From: Bythopirellula sp.
GTDB taxonomy: Bacteria > Planctomycetota > Planctomycetia > Pirellulales > Lacipirellulaceae
Assembly (NCBI GenBank): GCA_965216565.1
Contig: OZ244170.1
Coordinates: 4,480,001-4,544,000, forward strand
Direction: 5' to 3'
DNA length: 64,000 nucleotides
Shown: positions 53,337-63,308 of the stretch, piece by piece
How the letters are laid out: the number at the start of each line of letters is the position of its first letter
How positions within the stretch are numbered: the stretch's first letter is position 1
Notes under the pieces: model-generated
Databases searched by the model: none
Seen by the model: only the letters and a program-made list of their open reading frames with translations
What the model was told of the DNA's origin: nothing
Position numbers and translations under genes: made by a program

Positions 53337-56300
53337 TACTTGCGACCTGCCGCTTTGCTTAGCTCGGCCGCTTTTGGTCCATCATCGACTTCTTCCGCGG
53401 AGGGGGCGCCTGCGTCGATGAGTAGGTAGCCACCCCAAAAGATCGGATGCGCAGCCGTCAATGCGGGGTCGTTCTTGCCCGCTTTCACGCGAGGCTCGTC
53501 TATTGGTTCAATCGGTAGTTCCATGGCCAGTTGGACGGTCCGCTGCCAAGCATCGGCGGCTGTTGTGTGCGGCAACTCCTGTACAAACTCGCGGGTGATT
53601 TCCATGGTCGATTTCCCACCAACACGCCAACGGCTTAATAAGATTGTCTGAGCACCGCTCGACATCAAACCGCAACTTGCCAGAAAGAGTTCAGTGCCTG
53701 GGGCTACCGACGATTTCCGTCTTGAGTTCTTGCCTCCATTCTCTGCGGCTGTTCTCATCGCGGGATAGATCATTCGTTGGGGGCCTTGGCGAGGTAATCC
53801 TAGCCATGCGTCAATGGAACTTCCTGCTGAAGCTCGATTCGTTGGTAATGGCTCCCAGGCTAGCGGCTGCGCCCCTGTTAGTTCCTGTTCCTCAAGCACA
53901 ATCATTGTGTCTAGCATCGAACCGAAAACGTGTGCGGATACTGGTAGAGGATTGGGCAAATCCACGGGTTGATCGAGGGACGAAATCAGTGGCTGGAGGT
54001 TTTCCAGTCGATCGTCCTCTTTGTCGCCGGGGACAATCCCGTTGCCGACAATCGCCGAGTGTTGAATCCGTCGCCAAGGTACAGTTTTGCCCACGGCAAG
54101 CCCCATGGTTGGAGCGACTCGCAGTTTCGATAAAGAAACAAGGGGCACCGTCTCGTTGTCTCCTTCGATTGGCAGCGCACCGAAGGGCACGTACCATAAC
54201 AAACCATCGGGAACGACGATCAGCTCGTCCAACGCCCCAAGATCGAGCGAAGATTTGCCTAGCAGCATGGCATACAGATCTTTGCCACTTTCGAGCCAGT
54301 CTTCGTTAGCTAATTCTTCGGCAGTCAAATCGTGAGTAGCGTCGTAGTTGCCCATGTCTCGTAAGAACTTGGTTAATTGACGTCCCACGCGAGATGAGGG
54401 GCCACAATTCCAATTCGTCGATGCGGAACTTGTCACGAGAAATCCTAAGAGCCCCTCGGGAGAATCGTGAAATACAAGCAGTGCTTGCCCTGGTTTGAGC
54501 TGCGACTTCACAAAATCAACGTTCCGCTGTGGAGGAAAGTGAAATTCAGTTGCCACACGATCCAGTGCTAACGTGGTAAGCATCGCTTCACGCGCAGCGA
54601 GGGTCTTTGACCAGTTACGCCAAACACGCACTAAATCGCTTTGGGCATCGGCTTCCATACCCGGCACCCACTGGCCGCGGATCTGTTCTCGCAGGTCTTG
54701 TCCAGTTTGCTGAGCCTGCTGGTATCCCGGAAGTCGCAAGAGCAGCGTATTGCGGCGCGTGCGATCCTCCTCGCTCAATTCCAAAGGCGACGTTTCCAAC
54801 AAATCAGCAAGAGCCGCTTTTCTTCCGCCAAGCGGGAGCATGGCATGATAATGCCGTCGTTTGGCTCGGTCGGCGACCTCCAGAGCTCGCGTTGGATTCT
54901 TCTGGGCAAAGTGCGCGGCGATCCACCGATCGAAGCCCGCTCCATGGGGAGTCTTGAGCACAGCCATCGTCTTCATGGGGCGAAAAACCCAGTCTGATGG
55001 AGTTGGGTCGCTGAGCAACGAAGCGTACACATTGGTTGCAATTCGAGAGCGAATTTGCCTGGAATCAAACATTTGATTGGCCAATCCAATTTGGAAATTT
55101 CTGGTCGACATGATCGCCTCTCGTTCGAGAGAGCCAATCAATTGCTGTCTGCCTTTGTCATTTCCCGCAGCCAATAAAATGCGCGCCGAAAGATACTGGG
55201 CCTGATTCCCCAGACGTCCCCGCACAGCATCCTGCAAGCGAGACTGAGCCGTTTTTACAGCACCTGCTGCTGCATCCCAATTCTCCAGGCGAATCAACTC
55301 TTCGGCATAAGCAAGATTCAAGCGAGAAAAGATATGATCAAATCGTTTGCGTCGAGCCCAAAGTGCGGCCGGCTCTAGTTTAGGATTGGGCGACTGGATT
55401 CCTGCCGCCAGTCGATTGGTGGTCATCAATCGAAACGCTTCGTCGATAATACCGGGATCTTCATAGTAGAACCCAGAGTAACTGGCTTCGCTCAGCAAGC
55501 GATCGGCCTCGGCGCTTCTGCCTCCCTCCATTGCCAGACGGCCCTGCTCGAGCAGTGCAACACTTGTGAGAGGATGATCGTATTGCCCAGCAATGCGTTC
55601 AGCTCTCGCCAACCGTGGCAGAGCGAGCTTGATTTTGCCTTGACCGACGTAAGCAAGGCCCAGCTGTAGATCGACCCAAGCGCTAGACCAATGGTTTGGC
55701 GGAGCCGCTCCGCGAGACAAGGCCGAAACCATCGCTTTGGTGGTGGCGTCATCGGGAGCTAAGGGCCCAAGTAATTCGTTGCGGCGGCGAATCGCCAGTG
55801 CGGTGCAGCGCACCACCTCCATGACGTTCAACTGCCAGAATTGAGCTTGCTGAACTCTCCCGCCAGCTTGGAGTGCCCTTTGTGCACTGCGGATATCTCC
55901 AACCAGATAACGCATCTGATTGCTGAACTTGCCCAGGGTAAATTGACGATTGCTGCGTCCCCAGGGTATTGCCTTGCGTATTTGGTTTGTGTCGGGTCGG
56001 GGAGGCTCAAAGGTGATCTGCAACATCCAGTTGGGATACTGCAGGTACATGGCGCAGGCGAGGTTGTATTGCTCCAGTGCTTCCGCAGGTTGGCCGTAGT
56101 GGTAGAACGTTTCGCCCAGCATGGCGTGATAACAAATGGCGTCGATCCAGCGCTGGGTGACACCAATCTTTACAGAACCCTTGACCTCGTAAAGAAAGTC
56201 TCGCTGAGCATCGCGATAATCGCCCCGATAGAGTTCTTCAATGGCATTGAAGTAAGTTTGGGTTGGTATGGTGTTGACAAAGGCCTGGCCGCCGCCGACT

Positions 56301-56404
56301 TGTCCCTGGGTGGATACCGGGATCGACATGCCGATTGCGACAACGAGCGTCGCAACGAACTGCAGAATCAGTTTTCGGGATATGTGCCCTGGAGATGCTA
56401 GCAC
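53336..56404 (-). CDS. Secreted TPR/CHAT-domain protein
   Basis: LIVVPDGLLWYVPFGAL, GLMSSGAQTILLSRWRV, HPIFWGGYLLI. Confidence 0.8.
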   Translation of the reverse strand: MLASPGHISRKLILQFVATLVVAIGMSIPVSTQGQVGGGQAFVNTIPTQTYFNAIEELYRGDYRDAQRDFLYEVKGSVKIGVTQRWIDAICYHAMLGETFYHYGQPAEALEQYNLACAMYLQYPNWMLQITFEPPRPDTNQIRKAIPWGRSNRQFTLGKFSNQMRYLVGDIRSAQRALQAGGRVQQAQFWQLNVMEVVRCTALAIRRRNELLGPLAPDDATTKAMVSALSRGAAPPNHWSSAWVDLQLGLAYVGQGKIKLALPRLARAERIAGQYDHPLTSVALLEQGRLAMEGGRSAEADRLLSEASYSGFYYEDPGIIDEAFRLMTTNRLAAGIQSPNPKLEPAALWARRKRFDHIFSRLNLAYAEELIRLENWDAAAGAVKTAQSRLQDAVRGRLGNQAQYLSARILLAAGNDKGRQQLIGSLEREAIMSTRNFQIGLANQMFDSRQIRSRIATNVYASLLSDPTPSDWVFRPMKTMAVLKTPHGAGFDRWIAAHFAQKNPTRALEVADRAKRRHYHAMLPLGGRKAALADLLETSPLELSEEDRTRRNTLLLRLPGYQQAQQTGQDLREQIRGQWVPGMEADAQSDLVRVWRNWSKTLAAREAMLTTLALDRVATEFHFPPQRNVDFVKSQLKPGQALLVFHDSPEGLLGFLVTSSASTNWNCGPSSRVGRQLTKFLRDMGNYDATHDLTAEELANEDWLESGKDLYAMLLGKSSLDLGALDELIVVPDGLLWYVPFGALPIEGDNETVPLVSLSKLRVAPTMGLAVGKTVPWRRIQHSAIVGNGIVPGDKEDDRLENLQPLISSLDQPVDLPNPLPVSAHVFGSMLDTMIVLEEQELTGAQPLAWEPLPTNRASAGSSIDAWLGLPRQGPQRMIYPAMRTAAENGGKNSRRKSSVAPGTELFLASCGLMSSGAQTILLSRWRVGGKSTMEITREFVQELPHTTAADAWQRTVQLAMELPIEPIDEPRVKAGKNDPALTAAHPIFWGGYLLIDAGAPSAEEVDDGPKAAELSKAAGRK

Positions 56405-56690
56405 CGAAGGGCCCCCTCTCTATTTATCAATCTATCGACACCAACTGAGCAATCGTGCCGTGCCACTGTTTCCATCTGGTTATTCTATCACTGATTCGCC
56501 CGGAATACGATTTCAAAGGGTTTTCTTCGAGAAATGGAATCTCAATCGCTGATGCGGAAAGCGGACACTTCATTCGATCCGCCAGTATTGATAGCAATCA
56601 ATCCCGCGTTTTTTTCATGAGATGTGAAAGTTTGCCGGTTCGGTAGACGATAACGATTGTGCTCGCCCAAATATCTCAGAACAGCGAGTC

Positions 56691-56990
56691 ATGAAATATC
56701 CTCCGTCGGGAGTCAAGGCAGTGAGTACTAGTAAAGTCAACGGTCAGATGCCAGTTTGCCCAACTCGTCGTGCAGGACGTTTTACCCAGGCCTTGGGTGG
56801 ATCTTTACTGCTTCTGTTGTCAGCCACAACGGGTTGTCAAATGGACATCGCTGGCCAAACTCTACCCAGCGGCTACTACCTTACGGACGACGTGCAGTAC
56901 TACGCACCGGGACCTGAGTTTAAGTTGGCCCGAGAAGCAGCCGCCTTGGAAGAGAAGAAGGCAGCCCAGATCAGTCAACCACAACGGTAG
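56691..56990 (+). CDS. Small conserved-type planctomycete lipoprotein; start uncertain
   Basis: Hydrophobic stretch + TTGC lipobox; GQTLPSGYYLTDDVQYYAPGPEFKL. Confidence 0.7.
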   Translation: MKYPPSGVKAVSTSKVNGQMPVCPTRRAGRFTQALGGSLLLLLSATTGCQMDIAGQTLPSGYYLTDDVQYYAPGPEFKLAREAAALEEKKAAQISQPQR

Positions 56991-57120
56991 TACCAAAAAG
57001 GTAATACCCAAGGGCAGCGGAGCTACTGCCTCAACTTTGCTGCACCAGCCATCGTACAATTTATGCCGCTCGTCGCCCGTCAAGGTTGCGACGAGGAGAG
57101 GGGGGACGGCACCCCATGTG

Positions 57121-57173
57121 GCAGGCGTCTGAGATGCGTCACGCATCGCGTCGCGTTTCTCAGACGTCGCTGC
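57121..57173. terminator. Hairpin between convergent genes (possible bidirectional terminator)
   Basis: GCAG-GCGTCTGAGA ... TCTCAGACGT-CG-CTGC inverted repeat; no clear U tract. Confidence 0.4.
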
Positions 57174-57204
57174 CCGGGGTTACTCGGGCATCTCTTTCGG
57201 CCAT

Positions 57205-58356
57205 CTAGTTCTCAATGCTATGGCCTTGTCTGGCTTTCGACTGCAGGGCAGAACTCTGGCCCTTCAGCGCCTGCGTGAGCCGTACACCTTGGGCACGCCA
57301 TGCAGACCAAGGGTAATAGGTGAGTCGGTAGCTCGTCTCCAGCGAAGTTCGCACACGCTGTTTGTATCGTGATTCGCCGATGCCCATTTCGATAAGGCGA
57401 TCGCCCCGCTGAAAACTATCCTGAAGCGATTCATTCAACAGATTGCTGCCGGCCGAGAGATGGGCAAGGTTGTTATCGTAGCCCATGCGTAAACCAAAGA
57501 TCGTTCCGTCGTACAGATAATTGTATTGGAAAGCGATCGGCGTTCCGTCGAGTCTAAGCAGTGTCATATCGACCATGCCCAGCCGCGCGGCAGTAGCATG
57601 GCAATCTCTGAGAAAGGGTTGCACGTGTTCGTGGCAAAGAGTGTTGCCAGTACGAGAAGTGGCTTGCCAGCTTTGTTTCGAGACAGCGAGACACGATTCG
57701 TAGAAATCCCAGTTAGGATCGCCCTCCCCTTCCGCGGCACTCAGAGGTCGATAGCGCTCGAAGGTGACCTCTCCTTGATTGGCGAGGGCTCTTTTTTGCC
57801 GCCGTGTTTCGTGGCGCCATTTTTTGGAACGCTTCGCGAAATAGCTTTCCCAGTCCTGGCCTTCGAGTTCGATATTTGAGGTTTGCTGATACTCTCGTTC
57901 CTGCACGCCCCACCCGACCGACTTTAGAGATCTGGAGAGTCCGTTTCGCACGCGTTGTTCGTTGGGGGTCCAGCGTAGATCGAGTAGATCCCAATCCCTG
58001 CGTGTATCACGCAGATGCCTGGCAGCCATGAACATGGTCGCCGATTGGTTGGGGCCAATCGGACCATACCACAAGCCCCAGTCGCTGAGGGGATAGGTAA
58101 GCACACGGACTTTGCCAACGTGATATCGTTCTTTTTGAACGCAGAGAGGAACTATGCCAATAGGCCTGCCTTCGGCTTGGACGATTAGCACTCGCATCTT
58201 TCGAGATGCGCCGTAGTGTTTCCAATAGGTCTCGAACCAATCGAACGTGTGGAAGAACGAAGTCTTTGGAGTTTGGGGCAGCAGACTCTTCCACGCCAGT
58301 CGGTATGACTGGAGCTGCTCCATGTTATTGACTTCAATTACACTTGCCATTGTCAC
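57205..58356 (-). CDS. GNAT family acetyltransferase (CelD/BcsL-like)
   Basis: SFFHTFDWFETYW, WESYFAKRSKKWR, GYD..LSAGS.L, G..RYKQR. Confidence 0.85.
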   Translation of the reverse strand: MTMASVIEVNNMEQLQSYRLAWKSLLPQTPKTSFFHTFDWFETYWKHYGASRKMRVLIVQAEGRPIGIVPLCVQKERYHVGKVRVLTYPLSDWGLWYGPIGPNQSATMFMAARHLRDTRRDWDLLDLRWTPNEQRVRNGLSRSLKSVGWGVQEREYQQTSNIELEGQDWESYFAKRSKKWRHETRRQKRALANQGEVTFERYRPLSAAEGEGDPNWDFYESCLAVSKQSWQATSRTGNTLCHEHVQPFLRDCHATAARLGMVDMTLLRLDGTPIAFQYNYLYDGTIFGLRMGYDNNLAHLSAGSNLLNESLQDSFQRGDRLIEMGIGESRYKQRVRTSLETSYRLTYYPWSAWRAQGVRLTQALKGQSSALQSKARQGHSIEN

Positions 58357-58588
58357 GTCCGTTAGAGACTTTTATTCGCTGAGGGCAGGTATTCGATGAG
58401 GGGCGGGCCCATACCGCGTACTATTGCGGAGCAAGCCGCATGCCGAGTTTTGCTAAACTGTTTCTGCTGCTACGATGGAGAGGTTGCAGCACAATTAAGC
58501 CGATTGTCGGTATGTTTCCTCACACGAATGCGTTGCCCAAAATCAACATGATGCGTTTCGGCAACGCCATCACGATTGAGCCCCACTC

Positions 58589-59743
58589 ATGGAACCGATG
58601 GACTGGTCAGAACGAATCACCGCAATTCATGCTAGTGCTATGCAGATAGTCCTTGCGATGACAGGGGGCGGAGCCACTGCGATTGGCCGTCTACTGGAGG
58701 TGCCGGGAGGATCGCGTACCGTGCTCGAAGCAGTGGTGCCCTACTCGCTGGCTTCTCTGCAACAATGGGTGGGCGCAGATGTCGAACAAGCCTGCAGCGA
58801 AGGGACTGCCCGCGACATGGCCATGGCCGCTTGGATGCGCTCGCGAGAATTGAAGCCCGAGGCAGATCCTGCCAAACTAGTTGGGGTCGGGGTCACGGCA
58901 AGCCTGGCAAGCGATCGTCCCAAACGAGGAGATCATCGTGTGCATGTGGCGATTCAGACGGCAAGCTCCACATCCTGCGACTCGCTCGTCTTGCAGAAAG
59001 ATTCGCGTGTCAGAGGGGCGGAAGAACAGCTGGTAGCAGACTTGGTGCTCTCGCTCTTGGGCCGGACGGTTGCGCACGAGTCGAGTCCAGGCTGGCTAGA
59101 AAGCTTGCCACTGCTGGAAGGTGAAGCGATTGAGTCGAAACACCAGAGAGCCGAGCCGATTTGGACAGAGTTATTGCTTGGCCAGCGGGAACACCTTGGC
59201 ATGACTGAGAAACCGGGCGGCGTGTTTGCCGGTTCGTTCGACCCTCCCCACGCTGGCCACGCTCGGATGATTGAGTTTGCCAGGGATCGTCTTGGCTCGG
59301 CGGTTTACTATGAACTCTCGATGACCAATGTCGACAAAGCCCCACTGGACTTCATCGAGATCGATCACCGAATGAGTGCAATTCGTGGCTTGGATAAGGA
59401 TGCCCAGATTTTGCTGACGAATGCTCCCACATTTCGCAAGAAAGCAGAATTGTTTGCCGGTTCTACCTTCCTAGTGGGAGCCGATACCATGGCCCGTATT
59501 GGAGATCCCAAATACTACGAACGATACAATTCTGAGGGGGTGAGCGGCCTTGAGGCAGCCATTAAGCAAATTGCAGACCACGGTTGTCGCTTCCTGGTGT
59601 TCGGAAGGGAAATCGAAGGTAAGTTCACTACCTTGAGAGATTTGAAGATTCCGGAGTCGTTACAAGAGATTTCCGATGCAGTCCAAGCCACGGATTTCCG
59701 AGAAGATATTTCCTCGACCGAGATTAGGCAACGTCAGACATGA
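58589..59743 (+). CDS. CinA C-terminal-like domain fused to a NadD-like nucleotidyltransferase
   Basis: TGGG..PGGSRTVLEAVVPYS..ARDMA (CinA/PncC-like); FAGSFDPPHAGH (HxGH), FLVGADT, DISSTEIR. Confidence 0.8.
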   Translation: MEPMDWSERITAIHASAMQIVLAMTGGGATAIGRLLEVPGGSRTVLEAVVPYSLASLQQWVGADVEQACSEGTARDMAMAAWMRSRELKPEADPAKLVGVGVTASLASDRPKRGDHRVHVAIQTASSTSCDSLVLQKDSRVRGAEEQLVADLVLSLLGRTVAHESSPGWLESLPLLEGEAIESKHQRAEPIWTELLLGQREHLGMTEKPGGVFAGSFDPPHAGHARMIEFARDRLGSAVYYELSMTNVDKAPLDFIEIDHRMSAIRGLDKDAQILLTNAPTFRKKAELFAGSTFLVGADTMARIGDPKYYERYNSEGVSGLEAAIKQIADHGCRFLVFGREIEGKFTTLRDLKIPESLQEISDAVQATDFREDISSTEIRQRQT

Positions 59744-59826
59744 GCCCGCTTAATTGCACCGTTTAGCATTCGATCCTATACTGGTCCTTCTCTCACTTCG
59801 CTACTCTTCTGAAATAGAACCGACAC

Positions 59827-60858
59827 ATGCCCGATCCTTCCCAGTTCGTTCCATTGTCTGAGGCAAAGCAGCCGCTGTTTGTCGGTATTGACCTGGGTGG
59901 GACCAATATCAAGTTGGGGCTGACCGACGATTCTGGCCATACCTTGGCCTATCGCACGTTGCCAACCGAGGCGGACAAGGGCGCGGAGGAAGCGTGCCAA
60001 AGAATGGCGAGTGAAATCGACAAGCTTCTGGAAGATGCCGGTGCCACGAAGGATCAAGTCGCGCGAGTCGGCTTGGCCACGCCTGGTCCGATAGATATTG
60101 AAGAGGGCGTCCTGCTTACGCCGGGCAATCTGCCGAAGTGGTGGAATTTTCCACTTCGGGATTGCGTGTCGGATTTGTGTGGACTCCCCGTGCGCTACGC
60201 CAACGATGCCAATGCCGCTGCGTTCGGAGAGTTTTGGCGAGGCACCGGTAAAGAGGTCCATAGCATGGTGCTGTTTACGCTGGGCACCGGGGTTGGGGGT
60301 GGAATCGTCATCGGCGATGTGCTTGTGGAAGGAGTCCACAGTTGCGGCAGTGAATGCGGACATATTCTGATCGATCCCAGTCCAGACGCGCGTGTCGACT
60401 CGCTAGGGAACACCGGTTCCCTTGAGGCGTACTGTGGGTCTTACGGAGTGACTGGCCGCGCTCAAGACGCAATCGATGCGGGCCGAACAAGTAGCTTGGC
60501 AGAAGTTAGTAAGACTCGTGAACTCACTCCCCTCGATATTGCCGAGGCAGCCGAGGCAGGTGACGAATTGGCTTATGAAGTGGTGATGGATACGGCCTAC
60601 TATTTGGGGCTTGGCATCGTGACGCTGACTCATGTCGTCGATCCGAATAACATCGTTTTGGGGGGAGCCATGACCTTTGGCGGTTCAGGCCACCCGCTTG
60701 GAGAAGCGTTTCTGGAAAAAGTTGTCGAATCGGCTCGGCCCCGGATCCTGCCGCCTTTGCAAGAGAGCCTACGAATCGAATTCGCTCAACTTGGGGGCGA
60801 CGCTGGCTATATCGGATCGGCAGGATTGGCTCGTTTGGAGCATATTCGTAAAGGCTAG
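59827..60858 (+). CDS. ROK family glucokinase-like protein
   Basis: GIDLGGTNIK, NDANAAAFGE, TLGTGVGGG, ECGH. Confidence 0.92.
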   Translation: MPDPSQFVPLSEAKQPLFVGIDLGGTNIKLGLTDDSGHTLAYRTLPTEADKGAEEACQRMASEIDKLLEDAGATKDQVARVGLATPGPIDIEEGVLLTPGNLPKWWNFPLRDCVSDLCGLPVRYANDANAAAFGEFWRGTGKEVHSMVLFTLGTGVGGGIVIGDVLVEGVHSCGSECGHILIDPSPDARVDSLGNTGSLEAYCGSYGVTGRAQDAIDAGRTSSLAEVSKTRELTPLDIAEAAEAGDELAYEVVMDTAYYLGLGIVTLTHVVDPNNIVLGGAMTFGGSGHPLGEAFLEKVVESARPRILPPLQESLRIEFAQLGGDAGYIGSAGLARLEHIRKG

Positions 60859-60975
60859 TTCTAGCTAAACAGGGCCGCCCCCATCCCCCGCACTTGCCCT
60901 ACATCTTTGGCGATCTTTTCCGCTATAATGATTAGTTTGATTCGCGTGCTCCCCCCGCCCTTGTGATTTCCCTCC

Positions 60976-62841
60976 ATGTCCTCAGCTCCCACGCAACCGA
61001 AAGCTGGCAAGAAGAACTCTGCTGGTATCGCCCCGAAATATATCCGCAATTTCTCGATTGTGGCGCACATCGACCACGGCAAAAGCACGCTGGCCGACCG
61101 GTTGATGGAACGCACTGGTACCGTTACCGAACGCGAGATGAAGCAGCAGTTGTTGGACGATATGGACATCGAACGTCAACGCGGTATCACGATCAAGGCC
61201 CGCGCCGTCACCATGCTTTATGAGCACCAGGGAAACACCTATGAACTGAACTTGATCGATACGCCGGGCCATGTCGATTTTCAGTATGAAGTATCACGCT
61301 CTCTCGCCTGCTGCGAGGGTGCTGTCTTACTTGTCGATGCTTTTCAAGGAGTCGAAGCACAGACGGTCGCCAATGCATATTCTGCGATGGAGCACGATCT
61401 CACGATTGTGCCGGTTCTCAATAAGATCGATCTCAACCACGCTCGCCCTGATGAAGTAAAAGAAGAGATGGAGCACACCTTGGCGCTGGAGCCAGAAGAA
61501 GTGCTCGGCTGCAGCGCCAAGACGGGCGTCGGCTGCGAAGACGTGCTTGCTGCAATCATCGATCGCGTCCCGGCTCCGTCGGGAGACCCCAAGGCCACTT
61601 TGCAAGCGATGGTCTTCGATGCCCACTACGATGAATTTCGTGGTGCGATCACTTACATCCGTGTAATGAATGGACGCGTGAAAAAGGGACAGAAAATTAA
61701 GTTCCTACAGCAGGGGACCACGCACGAAGTAATCGAGCTAGGTCACTTCGTCCCCCAGCGTCAAGCGACGGAGTCGTTGCAAGCCGGACAGGTTGGTTAT
61801 CTGATTTGCAATATCAAGTCGCTAGGCCACGTCCACATTGGTGATACTGTGAGTATTGTCGGGGACGATCCTGCGGATGTGCTCTCTGGCTATCAAGAGC
61901 CAAAGCGGATGGTCTTCTGCGGACTTTATCCGTCTGATGGACAGGACTTTAAACAATTGCGTGACGCGTTGGGCAAGTTATCCATCAACGATCCCAGCTT
62001 CGATTTCCAACCAGAAACGAGCGACGCCCTGGGCTTCGGTTTCCGCTGTGGGTTCCTGGGGCTGTTGCACATGGAGATTGTTCAGCAGCGACTAGAGCAA
62101 GAGGCCGACATCGATCTGGTGCAAACGGCTCCTAACGTCACTTACGAGATTGTCACTAAGAACGGCGAAAACCTAGAGGTCCATACGCCTCAAGATGTTC
62201 CCGACGGAGGCGACATCGAAGAGTTCCGCCAACCGATCGTCCGCGTCAGCTTTGTTTTGCCCACGGAATACATCGGTGGAATCATGAAGTTGTGTGCTGA
62301 CCGTCGCGGCAAGTATGTTCGTACCGAGTATTTGTCACCGACACGGGCGATGCTGGTTTACGATCTGGCGTTAGCCGACGTAATCTACGATATGCACGAC
62401 AAGTTGAAGAGTACGACCCGGGGTTACGGCACGATGGACTACGAATTGCTAGGCTATGAGCCGAGTGATCTGGTGCGTCTAGATGTGCTGGTGAAAAACG
62501 AACGGATCGATGCGTTGTCGATCGTGTGCGATCGCCGCGATGCGGAAGTTCGCGGGCGGGCGGTCATCAAGAAGCTCAAAAAAGAAATTCCGCGTCACAT
62601 GTTCGAAGTCGCCCTGCAGGCGGCCATCGGCACTCGAGTAATCGCCCGCGAGACAATCAGCGCCATGCGAAAGAACGTCACCGCCAAGTGCTATGGTGGC
62701 GATATCAGCCGCAAGCGCAAACTGTGGGAGAAGCAGAAGGAAGGCAAAAAGCGTATGAAGTCGATCGGTTCGGTCGACATCCCGCAAAAAGCCTTCCTCG
62801 CTGTTCTGGAGACGGGGGAAGAAGAAGGTAAGAAAAAATAG
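60976..62841 (+). CDS. lepA: Translation elongation factor 4 (LepA)
   Basis: IRNFSIVAHIDHGKSTLADR, RGITIK, DTPGHVDF, GFRCGFLGLLH, KCYGGDISRKRKL. Confidence 0.98.
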   Translation: MSSAPTQPKAGKKNSAGIAPKYIRNFSIVAHIDHGKSTLADRLMERTGTVTEREMKQQLLDDMDIERQRGITIKARAVTMLYEHQGNTYELNLIDTPGHVDFQYEVSRSLACCEGAVLLVDAFQGVEAQTVANAYSAMEHDLTIVPVLNKIDLNHARPDEVKEEMEHTLALEPEEVLGCSAKTGVGCEDVLAAIIDRVPAPSGDPKATLQAMVFDAHYDEFRGAITYIRVMNGRVKKGQKIKFLQQGTTHEVIELGHFVPQRQATESLQAGQVGYLICNIKSLGHVHIGDTVSIVGDDPADVLSGYQEPKRMVFCGLYPSDGQDFKQLRDALGKLSINDPSFDFQPETSDALGFGFRCGFLGLLHMEIVQQRLEQEADIDLVQTAPNVTYEIVTKNGENLEVHTPQDVPDGGDIEEFRQPIVRVSFVLPTEYIGGIMKLCADRRGKYVRTEYLSPTRAMLVYDLALADVIYDMHDKLKSTTRGYGTMDYELLGYEPSDLVRLDVLVKNERIDALSIVCDRRDAEVRGRAVIKKLKKEIPRHMFEVALQAAIGTRVIARETISAMRKNVTAKCYGGDISRKRKLWEKQKEGKKRMKSIGSVDIPQKAFLAVLETGEEEGKKK

Positions 62842-62945
62842 CCTGCAGGCCACGTGCAACACGAATGGTGGTTGGTCTTTTCAGTACTGTGAGATTTGCC
62901 GACAGAACCACCCTGCCTACCTCGGCCGGTTTTTGGGCGGAAATT

Positions 62946-62975
62946 CCCTCACCCCAACCCTCTCCCGTATCGGGA
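62946..62975 (+). repeat. Degenerate REP-like element CCCTCACCCCAACCCTCTCCC
   Basis: Matches the left arm of the widespread CCCTCACCCxxxCCCTCTCCC...GGGAGAGGG intergenic repeat; the right arm is truncated after GGGA. Confidence 0.45.
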
Positions 62976-63308
62976 TCGACTTGAGTTCCCGCAGGGTGGT
63001 CCACTTCGGGGAGTTTCGATTTGCTCTTAGCTGCTTAGGTAAGATTCATTATTAGCAGATCGAGGCAATATTACCGCGAATTAATTGCGTTCACCTCGCA
63101 GGTCGATTATAAACCAGAGTTGTCCGTTGGAACCGATTGAAAGATCGCAACAGAGACTCCTCCAAAATGCTGCAAGCTTCACTCTTTAACTGTGGTGCGG
63201 GCGTCTGTTCGAGGTAACATGGCTACGGTCGCGAAGTTCTGAACCTGGCCAAAGCTATTCTCATCAACACGTCATATCTGTTTAGTCAACCAAGAGATCA
63301 CAACTGCG

